64,000 nt of DNA from Dendrobates tinctorius (taxonomy: Eukaryota). Of this stretch, positions 38,035 through 51,487 are shown piece after piece. Made by a program: the position numbers and the translations under genes. A model generated the notes under the pieces. That model saw only the letters and a list, made by a program, of their open reading frames with translations. It ran no database searches and was not told the origin of the DNA. The stretch is from contig NW_027361821.1 in NCBI RefSeq assembly GCF_039654945.1, positions 9,610,001 through 9,674,000 on the forward strand, given 5' to 3'. The first letter of the stretch is position 1, and each line of letters opens with the position of its first letter.

Positions 38035-38330
38035 TTATTATTATTCTTATCATTCACTATTATAGTGCTATTTATTCCATGGTGCTTTACATGTGAAAAG
38101 GGGCATACAAAGACAAGTACAATAAACATGAGCAATACAAAGCATACACAAGTACAGAAGGAGAGAGGACCCTGTCCGTGAGGGCTCACAGTCTACAGGG
38201 GATGGGTGAGGATACACTAGGAGAGAGTAGAGCTGGTCGTGTGGTGGTTCAGTAGACTGAGGATCGCTGCAGGTTGTAGGCTTGTCGGAAGATGTGGGTC
38301 TTCAGTTTCCTTTTGAAGGTTACCGTGGTA
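38035..38330 (-). mobile_element. L2 LINE 3' end fragment
   Basis: ATT-repeat tail then TATAGTGC...GCTTTACA...GGACCCTG...GCTCACAGTCTA, parallel to the L2 end at 50227. Confidence 0.6.
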
Positions 38331-39559
38331 GGTTAATAAACACTTTGTTTGATATTACCTCATTTTGCAACAGAATTGGTATTATTTCTATATAACTGCA
38401 AGGTGGGCCCCAAGAATGATTTTTCTCTGGTGGGCCCAAAGTACTTCAGTCCGACGCTGCCTGTACTGCATTACACAAAGGGGTATATAACCACCTGACT
38501 CTTTGTTTATCCCCTTAACACCTTTTGAAATTGTCCTGCGCGCTATGTAAGTCCTGGTGGTCCGGTGCGATAGACGTCCTCGCTGAGGCGTCTATCCCTT
38601 CTCTCCGCTTCTGATCACCATCCTTCTGCCCTGACTGATGTGGATGTTACCTCCTGCATCAACCACATAACTGGGCAAAATCTCACACCAGCGCACAGAC
38701 ATTGTTGGCTCGTGCCTGCATACTGGGCTCTGCCATACTGCAGGTGGAGCCTAAAATTTAAGTCTCTGCACAGGTGCAAGATTTTGCAGGGCTTTGTGGA
38801 TGATGCAGGAAGATGGCGATCAGAAGCCTGGTGGTAGGGATAGTCACCTATAGGACTGGACCGGCAGGATTTACATAGAGCGCAGGAAAATTTCAAAAGA
38901 TGTTTAGCAGCATACAGGTGGGAGTCGGGGGTTATTTACCCCCTTTATGGAATGCAGCACAGGCACTGATTAAGGTGCTAGTCTCAATTCAGAAATTAAA
39001 AACCTGGTGACAAGTTTCATTTAAAGTTTATTATTAGACTTTTCTTTTTTACAGTTTTTAACAACTTCTAAGTCCAAAATAAAGTTTACTATTATCTCTT
39101 TTCCAATTATACTGTATAGTAACATATAAAACATAGTAGATATTAAGGTTTATCCATACAGTAATAGATAGATACATAGACTTTGATTATCAACACTTAC
39201 AGTTTTAACACAGGCTTTAGCTGATGTGAAATGTGAAGGGACTGCTGGTTCTGAGATGATGAGAAAGCAGAGAGCTTTGTGTAAAAACATAACAAATGTG
39301 GGTAAAGGCATTAAAGAGGACATAAAACCAGAAAAAGTGAAACTATAACATGTGATTAAAATAAAAAAGGAAGTAGAGAAATATGATCTGCACATTCGAA
39401 ATCAGAAAATATGAAATATATAAGAGAAAAAGAACAGCCAAAGGGTTATATCCAAAATCACAATGTGGTCTTATAACAATGCACTGATATATTTATACCT
39501 CATTTGTAATTCATTTTTAAATCTGCCTAATTTTGCATATATGTGCCTGTGTGCTGGTA

Positions 39560-40165
39560 TGTAAGAGGAGTGATATACTGCAGGATGGGGATACGTACAG
39601 TGAGATGAAAAGAGAGATAAATATTGAAGGGATGGGACAGTAATAGAATGGGCTGAGAGGAGAGAAATAATAGAATATAATAGAATAGAATAATAGAATA
39701 ATAGAATGGGCTGAGAGGAGAGAAATACTGCAGGATGGTGCTGTATACAAGGCGCTGAGAGTAGAGATGTACTGCAGGATATGGCACTGTCTCTATATAC
39801 ACAGATGGGCTAAAAGGAGAAATATACTGCAGGATGAGGCTGTATATACAAGGGGCTGAAAGGAGAGATATACTGCAGGTTGATTCTATATGTAAGAGAC
39901 TGAGAGTTGAGACACGGCAGGATGTGGCTCTGTATTGGAATATACAGAGGGTCTGAAAAAAGATAAGCTGCAGGATGGGGCTCTGTATAGAGGGGTTGAA
40001 AAGAGAGATATACTGCAAAATGGAGTTACAAACAGAGGGCTGAGAAGAGAGATATACTTCACCATAGAAAGATGAGTCTTTGTATAGAGGAGCTGCAAGG
40101 ATATATTGCAGGAGTGGGCTGTATATAGCGAAGCTGAGAGTAGAGATAATCTACAGGATGTGGCT
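39560..40165. repeat. Degenerate ~47-bp minisatellite (GGGCTGAGAGGAGAGATATACTGCAGGATG...)
   Basis: ATACTGCAGGATG-like core recurs about a dozen times. Confidence 0.75.
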
Positions 40166-41510
40166 CTGTCTCTGCTCAGCTTTGTGACATTGGAGCAGAT
40201 ACAGATAAAAATAAACACAAAGATACAAGAAAAGAAACTTTATGTTGGGCTTAGTCTGTATCTCAACAATAAGTATGCATTTACTGTGCTTTGTGAAAAA
40301 TAATATGATTCTAGGAAAAACCCTATAAGTACTAAAGACTCTTGTCATGAAGGGATTGAAAAAGTCTGTGGTCATCATTAACAGTGTCATTTTGTGTTCA
40401 GTTTGGAGAACTCTCATATTATTTTAGTTGTGTTGGTTTATTTGAATTGTTCTTATGTTATTGGTTTACAGCAAATAAAATAACTTTTGGAAATTCTGCT
40501 AATAAATCTAATATTTACATTTGTTTGGTGATCTGAAACATTTAAGTGTGACAAACATGCAAAAGAATAGGAAATGAGGAAGGGGGCAAACACTTTTTCA
40601 CACACCTGTAAGCATATGAAGTGTCAAAATGATACTCAATAGATTGACATTGTAAAAGACTTCTAACTCACGCAGGGAGCAGTGTGATCAAGATAGTCTG
40701 AAAAGCGGTGTTGTCACTGAGAAGAGGCGAAGAGTGGTGAAAGATACTGTAGAAGCTGGTGGTATGTGAGTATATTAATACACCGAGTACACTTCATACA
40801 CATACTGTATATCATAAAGTCATACACTGGTCGGCAATTGACTAATTATAATAAAATGTTACTACAAATGCATCTTTTATGTCACATCTACATTCTACAA
40901 AACAGGTAACAATATGCAATCTATAATGTAGCCTAAGAAAGAATTCGGTACGCAGCGTAGTAGCGACAGTGTGGTGATAATCACTGAGTTCTGAAATGTA
41001 AAGTCAGGACTATCACATACAGCTTCTCAGAGCTGCCATCGTGTGAAACAGAGCTGTTCCTTTATTAATGTGCATGCACCTATTTTTCAGTAACTTGGAA
41101 CTGCCCTTTTGAAGAAGTATGCAAACATTTGTACAGTGGATTCATCACACTCCTCACTTGCAAAAGCACAATGTTTTCATTTTTGTGGTTACACTATTGT
41201 TATATCATCTTTTATATTATCATGCAACAATGAGAAGTCTGTAAGGCTGGAGCTACACGGTGACTTTGGATACACAGGTCACGCAGCCAAAGATTTCTCT
41301 ATGCGCTGCTGCTTCTTGACAGCATAATGCAAGTGAATAGAGTGCCATTGTCATCTGCAAGGTACCTGATACAAAAAGAGTTTCAAAATTCAGGGGAAGA
41401 GTCTTGAGGAGATCATTTGCATATTCCCAGTGCCTTCTGGGATAAGTGAAGAGTCTCCGCGAGCTCAACGAATTTTGGCTCATCTTTCATCGTTTTTAAG
41501 AAATCTCAAG

Positions 41511-42473
41511 ATGGAAGAGGCCAGGAGCCATTTGGTGAGCTGCATTTCTTGCTACATGTTCACAGACTTACCAGTGGAAAAGCCAAACTTCACATGCCAC
41601 AAATGCAAGCTTGTGTCCCTGTTGGAGGAAAAGTTGCAAAATCTCGAAGAGAGGTTAGCTACGTTGAAGATCATTAAGGAAGGTGAAGAGTTCTTGGACA
41701 GAGCAGAATTATCTCTTCATGTTACAGAAAGAGAAGAAATTCGAAGTACACCTGAAGAAACAGAGGAATGGAGACATGTGACCCAGAGAAGCAGGAGGAT
41801 CAGGAGGCAGTCAGCACCCATACTGCTCAGGAACCAGTACCAGGCTCTCACGCAGGAAAACGATGAAGAAATACATCAGGATAAGACTTTGCCAACAAAC
41901 AGCAACCTTGTACGCCTTCAGAGTCCTCCTGGATGGAGAAAGAAAAATGTTGTGAAGAAGAAACGGAGAGTGGTGGTCATGGGGGATTCCCTGTTGAGAG
42001 GAACAGAGGCCGCTATCTGCAGACCGGATATAACTTCAAGAGAAATGTGCTGTCTTCCAGGTGCAAAAATTAAAGATGTGTCTGACAGGATATCAGGACT
42101 CTTCAGACCTACAGATGACTACCCATTCCTGCTACTACATGTGGGGACAAATGACACTGCAAGAAATGACCTGGAAACCATCTGCAGAGACTTTGAAGAC
42201 TTAGGCAAGAAAGTGAAAGAACTGGGAGCGCAGGTGGTCTTCTCTTCCATCCTCCCAGTGGATGGCCATGGAACAAGGAGGTGGAATAAGATTCTGCAGG
42301 TGAACAACTGGCTACGTCGATGGTGCCGTCAGCAAAGATTTGGATTTCTGGATCACGGAGTGAATTACTTATACGATGGACTACTTGCTAGAGATGGGGT
42401 GCACCTTACGAAGACTGGAAAACATGCATTTGGAAGTCGCCTTGCTACACTTGTAAGGAGAGCTTTAAACTAG
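41511..42473 (+). CDS. CR1 ORF1p: zinc finger/leucine zipper plus SGNH esterase domain
   Basis: CISC...CHKC, LVSLLEEKLQNLEERL, VMGDSLLR, HVGTND, DGVHL; uninterrupted 320 codons from ATG 41511. Confidence 0.92.
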   Translation: MEEARSHLVSCISCYMFTDLPVEKPNFTCHKCKLVSLLEEKLQNLEERLATLKIIKEGEEFLDRAELSLHVTEREEIRSTPEETEEWRHVTQRSRRIRRQSAPILLRNQYQALTQENDEEIHQDKTLPTNSNLVRLQSPPGWRKKNVVKKKRRVVVMGDSLLRGTEAAICRPDITSREMCCLPGAKIKDVSDRISGLFRPTDDYPFLLLHVGTNDTARNDLETICRDFEDLGKKVKELGAQVVFSSILPVDGHGTRRWNKILQVNNWLRRWCRQQRFGFLDHGVNYLYDGLLARDGVHLTKTGKHAFGSRLATLVRRALN

Positions 42474-42619
42474 AACAACATGGGAAGGGAAGCAAAAGAC
42501 CAGAAAAAGCCATACACCTGACAAATGCTATTGAGAGCTCTGCTATTAGAAGTGAAAAGGAAGAACAAAGACAAAATAATCTAATTAATAAAAATATTGG
42601 AGAAAGAGAAACCAATCAC

Positions 42620-45099
42620 AAACTAAAATGTTTCTATACTAATGCACAAAGCATGGGCAACAAATAAGGAGAATTGGAACTACTAACACAGGAAAAGAAA
42701 TATGATGTCATTGGAATCACTGAAACTTGGTGGGACAATACACATGATTGGAATACAAGACTAGAAGGATACAACTTATTTGCAAGAAACAGACTTGATA
42801 AGCGAGGAGGAGGTGTCGCATTGTATGTTAGAAACGCGTATATCTGCACAGAGATTGAAGCTTCAGAGACTGGGAGTTCTGTGGAAACTGTTTGGGTAAG
42901 AATACAAGGGAGGAAATGGTTGAGGAGGTAAAAGTGGCTGGGAGCCTAGGAGGTAGCGACCATGCTATTTTAGAATTTTGGATAACTAGAGGCGGAAGAC
43001 CTGTGAAGACTCAGACGTCAAGGTTAGATTTCAGAAAGGCAGATTTTAAGGGATTCAGAAAGAGAATTGGAGGGATCAAATGGCTGGATATCCTTAAAGA
43101 CAAAAATGTCCAGGAAGGATGGGAAATCTTGAAAAATGAAATTCTCAAAGCACAGTTGTTAACAATTCCGAAAAGAGGGAAGAATAGGAAGCATTTAAGG
43201 AAACCAGGATGGATGAACACAGAACTTAAGCACATGCTAAAAAGGAAGAAAAATATGTTTATAAAATGGAAAGAGGGAGGCATATCTAAAGAAGAATATA
43301 ATGCTGTCTGCAGAACCTGCAGGGCACAAATCAGATTAGCTAAAGCTGAAAATGAATTGAGGCTTGCAAGAGATGTCAAAAGCAATAAAAAAGGATTTTG
43401 GGGATATGTCAAAAGTAAAAGAAAAGTCAAAGATGCTATAGGATTTTTACAGGATGAAAATGATGAAATGGTAAGACAGGATGTTGAGAAGGCCGAACTT
43501 TTAAATTCCTATTTTGCATCTGTTTTCTCTCAGAAAGGAAATGTAACATCAACTGTTCTTCACTGTCCTATTAAGGGAATAGAAGAATCCAGGATATCTA
43601 TAAACAGAAAGATAGTGAGGAAACACTTAGCTAACCTAAATGAATTCAAGTCTCCAGGTCCAGATGAATTACACCCCAGAGTACTGAAGGAGATAGCAGA
43701 AGAAATTTTTGAACCCCTCTCCATAATCTTTGAAAATTCTTGGAGAACAGGAGAAGTGCCAGAAGACTGGAGAAGAGCAAATGTTGTTCCTATCTTCAAA
43801 AAGGGGAAGAAGGTGGACCCAGGCAACTATAGGCCGGTGAGTCTGACTTCTATACCAGGAAAGATCTTTGAACAAATTATTAAACAACATGTATGTCAGT
43901 ACCTGGATAAGAATGAAGTGATTAAACAGAGTCAGCATGCGTTTGTAACTAATAAGTCATGTCAGACTAACTTAATTTCCTTCTATGACGGAATCACTGA
44001 TTGGGTGGATCAAGGAAATGCTGTAGATATAGTATATCTTGACTTCAGCAAAGCATTTGACAAAGTCTCTCATACAATCCTTATTGAAAAAATGACTAAG
44101 TATGGAATGGACAAGGCAACTGTTAGGTGGATTCATAACTGGCTTAGTGATCGGACCCAAAGAGTGGTCGTAAATGGCTGCACATCCAGTTGGAAGAATG
44201 TCTCAAGTGGGGTACCACAGGGCTCTGTCCTGGGCCCTGTATTGTTCAACATCTTTATCAACGATTTAGATGAAGGAATTGAGGGTAAACTGATTAAATT
44301 TGCTGATGACACAAAGCTAGGAGGGATAGCTAATACTAGAGAAGAGAGAGAGAGGATTCAAAAAGATATAAATAAACTGGAGAAGTGGGCAGCAACTAAC
44401 AGAATGGTTTTTAACAGGGAGAAATACAAAGTACTACATCTGGGCAATAAAAATGAAAAAAGCATATACAGAATGGGAGGAATAGGGCTAAGTGACAGCA
44501 CATGTGAAAAAGACTTGGGTATACTAATAGATCACAGACTGAATATGAGTCAACAGTGTGATGCAGCAGCAAAAAAGGCAAATGCAATTCTAGGATGTAT
44601 TAACAGAAGCATACAGTCTAGATCACGTGAAGTCATTATTTCCCTCTACTCCTCTTTGGTCAGACCTCATCTGGAATATTGTGTCCAGTTTTGGGCACCA
44701 CATTTTAAAAAAGACATCAACAAACTGGAGCAAGTTCAGAAAAGAGCGACCAGAATGGTGACCGGTCTGCAAACCCTGTCTTATGAGGAAAGGCTGCAGG
44801 ATTTGGGAATGTTTAGTTTGCAAAAGAGAAGACTGAGAGGAGACTTAATAGCTGTCTACAAATATCTAAAGGGCTGTCACATTGTAGAAGGATCAACTTT
44901 ATTCTCATTTGCACAAGGAAAGACTAGAAGCAATGGGATGAAACTGAATGGGAGGAGACACAGATTAGATATTAGAAAAAACTTTTTGACAGTTAGAGTG
45001 ATCAATGAGTGGAACAGGCTGCCACGAGAAGTGGTGAGTTCTCCTTCAATGGAAGTCTTCAAACAGAGGCTGGACAGACATCTGACTGGGATGATTTAG
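42620..45099 (+). pseudogene. CR1 ORF2 (APE endonuclease disrupted, RT open)
   Basis: CFYTNAQSMGNK* (TAA 42665), GITETWW, jump from VWVRIQG to EEMVEEVKV...SDH; RT motifs YLDFSKAFD, GVPQGSVLGP, FADD in ORF 42892-45099. Confidence 0.93.
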
Positions 45100-46804
45100 C
45101 GAATCCTGCTTTGAGCAGGGGGTTGGACCAGATGGCCCAGGAGGTCCCTTCCAACTCTACGATTCTATGATTCTATGATTCTATAAGTAGTTGAATTATT
45201 TGCAACTTTCTAGCCTTGATCACGAAAGCTTGAAACTCTCAAAGAGCGTTTACTTGCATGACGCTATGACTCTCCTTTGATTGAGCGACGGCTCCCTGCT
45301 GCTACTACAGTCTCGGTCTTTAGGCGGTAGGGGTGACATCACACCAGCAGTGCACATCAACACCTCTAGCCAATCACAGAGATCACCTCCAGTGATGACG
45401 TTGACAAGATGAACCACTGATCTCAGTGTAGAAGCCACTAAGCTCAGTGACTGGCTACACCAGTGATGCATTGTTGATATGATGTCACCACTGCAGCCAA
45501 AATAGCAGACAAGAGCAGCATTGGGGAGCTGCGGCTTGTCAAGGGAAAGGAGTAATTGTTGAGTTTGTTATTTTACTTATTTTACAGCGATTTGGCCACG
45601 ATTTCCTGAAAGCGGACAATCTCTAAGAATTTTTTTTCTGAACATTTACCTAGAATTGTAGATATTCTACAAGAAAATGATAACTTGGGTGGTAGTTTAT
45701 CAACATATTAACAATTTTAGTGAAATTGATAGAAACAGCACAAAAAGGGCAGCAGTATTTACCTGCCCAATTCTCAGAACTAATGCACTACCAGGACTCA
45801 GCAAACTCATATAGTAAAGATGGCGGCAACACAAGTGCAAAATACTGATGAGACAACCACTCACAACCTACCAATTCATGGAGAGGGTGATTGCTTAGTG
45901 TATGATTGCACAAAAGTGGCTTGTATAGGGCGCTGGTCACATACAGGTACTGCATAGTATCTAGCTTACAGCCTATTAGTCATGCCCATACTATTAGATT
46001 AGGCGGACAGCTTGGTAGGGAAGATGTCCAGCAACAGATATGGAGAGGCAAGTGTTAAAAACAACTATTTATTTAAAACAAAATATTTTTTTCTCAAAGC
46101 ATTTTTTGTATCATATTAGTAAAAATTGCACCAGACTTAGATTAGTTAGGCTGCCCAGCATTATCTATGTGCATCCCATGAGAACAGACTCCCTAGTTTA
46201 CAAGGCCAAAAAAACTCACCTCCCGATGCAAAAGTGAGTGGCCCTGGATAACTCCTATAACTGATTGGGTGAATATTTCCAGGAATTTAAATATTTTTCT
46301 GTCTTTCCTTTAACCCCTTCTCTAAAATGTAATAATACTGCATCTGCCTGTAACAGCAGCGACCGGAACTTGCTCCGAACACACTAGTTTAACCATTTCA
46401 ATGCCTCTTTCAATCAATCATAGTGGAATTTAAATGGTTGTATTGTGACCGTGGGGTGCCAATGGGCTGTCATGGCAGCTAGGGGCCTACTGAAGACCCA
46501 TGCTGCTACTATGTTGATTATCCTATGAAAGCAAGCTTTTGATTGGGCTTCATGAATTTCATAATTTATATATACTGCAATACTTTTGCTCTGCAGTTTA
46601 AAAAAAAGTGGTCAAACAAGCAATTATAGATTCCTATACCCTGAAGGAAACTAAAAATCAAAGTAAAAAAAAGTTTTAAAAATATTAAGAAATATAAAAA
46701 TTAGAATCTTCACCTTTTCCCAACTTAAAGCTAAAAAAGAAATTAAATTAAACATTTTCATTATCGTCACGTCATGTTATTCTTCTGTTTTCAAGTACAT
46801 TATA

Positions 46805-48366
46805 CACTGTGTTCCAAATTATTATGCAAAAAATATTTCCTCGTATTTTCTCTAAATTACCTATATGAATTGCAGTCATTGTAATTTTCCCGTCATCTAA
46901 TATTCTAGTATAATTGCAATGTTTTTGAACAAACTGCCTATGAAAACAGTATATTTTTAAAAAGAAGAAACACTCAAAATGCATGTTACAAATTATTATG
47001 CACAGCAGAGTTTTAAACCTTTTTATTTTTATTTTGAACAAAAAAATGGTCAATTGTGAAATTATAAGCATTATCAGCTTATTACAAAATGAAATCAAAC
47101 AGTTTTCAAGTCAAAACTTTATTCTAGGTGATGTTACATTTGCACATAGGACCCCTTGTTCGAAAGAAGCTTCTGAACTCTCTCGTCCATTGAATTTGTC
47201 AGTTTTTGGATGGTTTGTGCTTCAATTGTTTTGCATGTGGACAGAATACCCTCCCAGAGCTGTTGCTTAGATGTGAACTGCCTCCTGCCATCATAGACAC
47301 TCCTTTTGATGATGCTCCAGAGGTTCTCAATGGGGTTGAGGTCAGGGGAAGATGGTGGCCACACCATAAGTTTGTCCTCCCATAGCAGCCAGAGATGCAG
47401 ATATGTTATTTGCAGCATGAGACGGTGCATTATCATGCATGAAAATGATCTTGCTGCGGAAAGCACGGTTCTTCCTCTTGAACCATGGCAGGAAGTGCTG
47501 TTTTAGAAACTCCACATAGATTGTGGAGTTCATCTTTACCCCTTCAGGGATCCTAAAGGGGCCAACAATCTCTCTCCCCATGATTCCAGCCCAAAACATT
47601 ACTCCACCTCCTCCTTGTTGGCGCCTTAGCCGTGTTTTCATGGGGTGTCCATCAACCAGCCATCCTCTACTCCATCCATCTGGACCATCGAGCATTGCAC
47701 GGCACTCATTGGTGAACAAAACAGTTTGGAAGTCAGTCTTCATGTATCGTTTGGCCCACTGCAGCCGTTTCTGCTTGTGTGCAGTGGATAGAGGTGGTCG
47801 ACAGGATGGCTTACGCACAGCTGCAAACCTCTGAAGGACCCTGCATCTTGTTGTTCGTGGGACGTTGGAGGCACCAGCAGCTTCAAAAACTTGTCTGCTG
47901 CTATGACAAGGCATTTTTGCAGCTGCTCTTTTAACCTAACGCAATTGCCTGTTGGAAAGAGTCCTCAACTTTTCCTTATCAGCACACACACGTGTGTGCT
48001 GGGAATCAGCTACATACTTCTTGATTGTGCGATGATCACGATGAAGTGTCTTGGCAATGATGATTGTAGTCATGCCTTGACCTAAATACTCCACAATTTG
48101 TTGCTTCTCAGCAGCCGACACATCCTTTTTCTTTCCTATTTTGGCAAAAAATGTAGGCTGCTTAATAATGTGGAACAGCCTTCTTAAGTAGTCTTGCCTT
48201 TATTTGGACACACCTGCCAAACTAATTTGCACAGGTATCTGCAATTGCTTTCAGTGATATAAAGAGCCCTGACACACATCACCATCAATGAGTTTAAATG
48301 ACAAACAAAAAAATTCTAACCTTATCACTCCTAAACTCTTTTTGCATAGTAATTTGGAACACAGTT
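46805..48366 (-). mobile_element. Full-length Tc1-like transposon, frameshifted
   Basis: TIR CACTGTGTTCCAAATTATTATGCA at both ends with TA flanks; ORFs 47936-48121, 47342-47914 (MHDNAPSH), 47134-47466 ([11 protein letters not shown]). Confidence 0.93.
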
Positions 48367-49217
48367 TATTTTAGAATAGATGTCATTCAAAACTGCAACT
48401 TGTTCTGCAAAAAAAACGTTCAAATGGCTATATTTTCAAAAAAATTTAAAAAATGATGATTCTTAGAAGGTAAGGAAAAACAAAAGCTCAAAAATGAAAA
48501 TTGACTGCATGGGAAGGAGATAAATGTATGTCTTGATAAATACCCAATAAGTACTCATTTTAGTCACAGTTATAATATTATTCCACACAAATATAATGCA
48601 GAATAGTTGATGCAACTGAGAGAAACGCTTGTGCTGAAAACCTCTGTTCTTCAGAAGCACCGCCATCCAGCTGTATCAGGCAAGGTCAGTGACAATGCAT
48701 GCTGCTCCGGTCACACAAACAACAGCGGTATTTAGTCACTTGTACTGACCCTTCTTAGTAGAGCAGGGCTCATGCTGTTTTCTTTGGTAAATCCTCTGAA
48801 CCACTGGCCGCAGATCAAAGGTAAGACTTTAGCTAAAATGTCTTATTAAAATATCTTACTTATTTCTTTCTTTGCTGATTCTTTGCCTAATGTCTAAATG
48901 ACCAAACAGCAAATAAGGGTGATTTTTTTTTCTTGTATTTGCATGTGGCGTAGAGTGTGTTTCTAGGATTTCTTTCAACTGGATGGAACTTTGAAAACAT
49001 TTTTATTATGGCCTTACATCCACCAGCTAATATCAAGAAATTACAAGTGAGCCTGTTTACAAAGTTGTATTTGCTAGGTCCAGAGATACCTCACATATAG
49101 AGATTCTGAAGACCACCGGTATGTATTCTTGGCTCAGTTATACATAGCAAAGGAGTTGCCAGTCCCCATTACACATTGATACTTGGATTCAGTTCCTAGT
49201 TCCCATAATTACACATA

Positions 49218-49740
49218 TAGTGGGTGCGGAAAGACAATGACCCTAAGCACACAGCTAACATAATAAAGGAGTGGCTTCAGAACAACTCTGTGACCATTCT
49301 TGACTGGCCCAACCAGAGCACTGACCTAAACCAAATTGAGCATCTCTGGAGAGACCTCTGGAAATGGCTGTCCACCAACGTTCACCATCCAACCTGATGG
49401 AACTGGAGGGAATCTGCAAGGAAGAATGGCAGAGGATTCCCAAATCCAGGTGTGAAAAACGTGCTGCATCATTCCCTAGAAGACTCATGGCTGTACTAGT
49501 TCAAAAGGGTGCTTCTACTCAACACGGAGCAAAGGGTCTGAATACTTATGACCATGTGATATTTCAGTTTTTCTTTTTTAATAAATTTGCAAAAATTTCT
49601 ACATTTGTTTTTTTCAGTCAAGATGGGGTGCACAGTGTACATTAATGAGAAAAAAAGAACTTTTTTGAATTTACCAAATGGCTGCAATGAAACAAAGAGT
49701 GAAAAATGTAAAGGGGTCTGAATACTTTCCGTATCCACTG
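49218..49740 (+). mobile_element. Internally deleted Tc1-like element
   Basis: Left stub TAGTGGGTGCGGAAAG joined to DNDPKH...DLNQIEHLW coding; right end TACTTTCCGTATCCACTG then TA. Confidence 0.8.
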
Positions 49741-50226
49741 TAGGTATCTTAGGACATTCACATAAAGAAATAGAGCCAGCTCACCGACTTCCAAAGGGAG
49801 CACAGAACACCATCCTGATGTGGCTTGTTCAATGAAGAAAATAGAAAAAAAAAAAAAAAAATGAGGAGCTGGATTTTTTTCTATTATCTTAGGACATTGA
49901 CATGTTAATTTACCATATTTAATCAGGATACAGTAGGCATTCCAACATATGAAGAGGATTTGGATAAACAACATAATCTGTAGACTTTTTACATATGATG
50001 TTTGGGAGGTTGTATATTGCAATCATTTAATTGGAGGTTAGTAGCAATAAAATAAATCTACTTATAAAAACATAAAAATAATTTGTAAAGATTCTGGAGA
50101 GAAGTAAATTATATTGTTGAATCAGTTGTACATAGTGAAGGATATGTAATTACCCATTACATATTGATATCTGCATTCATTTTCCAGAACACATAATTGC
50201 CTTGTGTCCTTTAGTCAGGGTTGACA

Positions 50227-51487
50227 TAATAATAATACATTTTATTTCTATAGCGCCGACATATTCCGCAGCACTTTACATTTCAGAGGGGATTTGTACA
50301 GACAATAGACATTACAGTATACCAATAATCACATAGATTATAACAAATACCAAGAGGATTGAGGGCCCTGCTTGCAAGCTTACAGTCTATGAGGAAAGAG
50401 GTAGACACGAAAGGTGGGTGGTAACAGTTGCCCTGATTGTATGGACCAGCCATAATGTTAAGTGTGTAACAGTACACACACAGAGGGTTAATGGATGCAT
50501 AAAGCATTTGGGAACATGATGCAGGGAGCCTGGTTATGGTAAAACTTTTGGCTGTGCCACACAGGGATAGATTAGGTTAATGTGTTGAGGCGATAGGCCA
50601 GTCTGAATAAATGCGTTTTCAGGGCACGCTTAAAATTGTGGGGATTGGGGACTAATCATACTGATATGGGAAGTGCATTCCAAAGAATTGGCGCAGCACG
50701 TGTAAAGTCTTGGAGATCGGAGTGGGAGGTTCTGATTATTGAGGATGCTAACCTCAGGTCATCAGCAGAACGGAGGGCACGGGTAGGGTGGTATACTGAA
50801 ACAAGGGAGGAGATGTAGGGTGGTACTGAGCCATGGAGGGCTTTGTGGGTGAGGGTAATAAGTTTATACTGAATTCTGGAGTGGATAGGTAGCCAGTGTA
50901 ATGACTGGCACAAGGTACAGTAGAGGCATCGGTGTAACAATTGGTGAGGAATATGATCCTGGCTGCAGCATTCAAGACAGATTGGAGAGGGGAGAGTTTG
51001 GTAAGAGGGAGACCGATTAGAAGACAGTTACAATAGTCGAGACGAGAATGAATAAGAGAAACAGTAAGAGTTTTTGCAGAGTCAAAAGTAAGAAAAGGTT
51101 GAATTCTAGAAATGTTTTTGAGGTGCAGATGACATGAGCGAGCCAGTGATCGAATGTGAGGGGCAAAGGAAAGCTCAGAATCAAGTATGACCCCTAGACA
51201 GCGGGCATGTTGCTGGGGAGTAATAGTGGAACCACACACAGAAATGGCAATGTCGGGTATAGGTACATTAGTAGAGGGAGGAAACACAAGGAGTTCAGTC
51301 TTTGACAGGTTCAGTTTCAGATATAGTGAGGACATGATGTTAGACACAGCGTTTAGACAATCGCCGGTGTTTTCTAGAAAGGCTGGCGTGATGTTAGGAG
51401 AAGAAGCGTATAATTGGGTGCCATCAGCATAGAGATGGTACTGGAAACCAAATCTACTGATTGTTTGACCAATAGGGGCAGTGTACA
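50227..51487 (-). mobile_element. L2 LINE 3' portion (RT C-terminus and tail)
   Basis: HLYADGTQLY, LKLNLSKTE, SRLDYCN, LHWLPIHSRIQYK in ORFs 50754-51521 and 50656-50940; TAA-repeat tail. Confidence 0.92.

Larger units (their letters stand above)
41350..45184 (+). mobile_element. Near full-length CR1 LINE
   Basis: ORF1 plus ORF2 and (GATTCTAT)n tail at 45161-45184 preceded by GAGGTCCCTTCCAAC. Confidence 0.97.

Noticed and set aside
39517-40218. Several overlapping ORFs rich in S/L/Y/C
   Set aside because: Translations of a degenerate minisatellite.
45820-46280. CTGATGAG at about 45845 as a hammerhead core
   Set aside because: No suitably placed GAAA or stems; region looks like an unclassified repeat.
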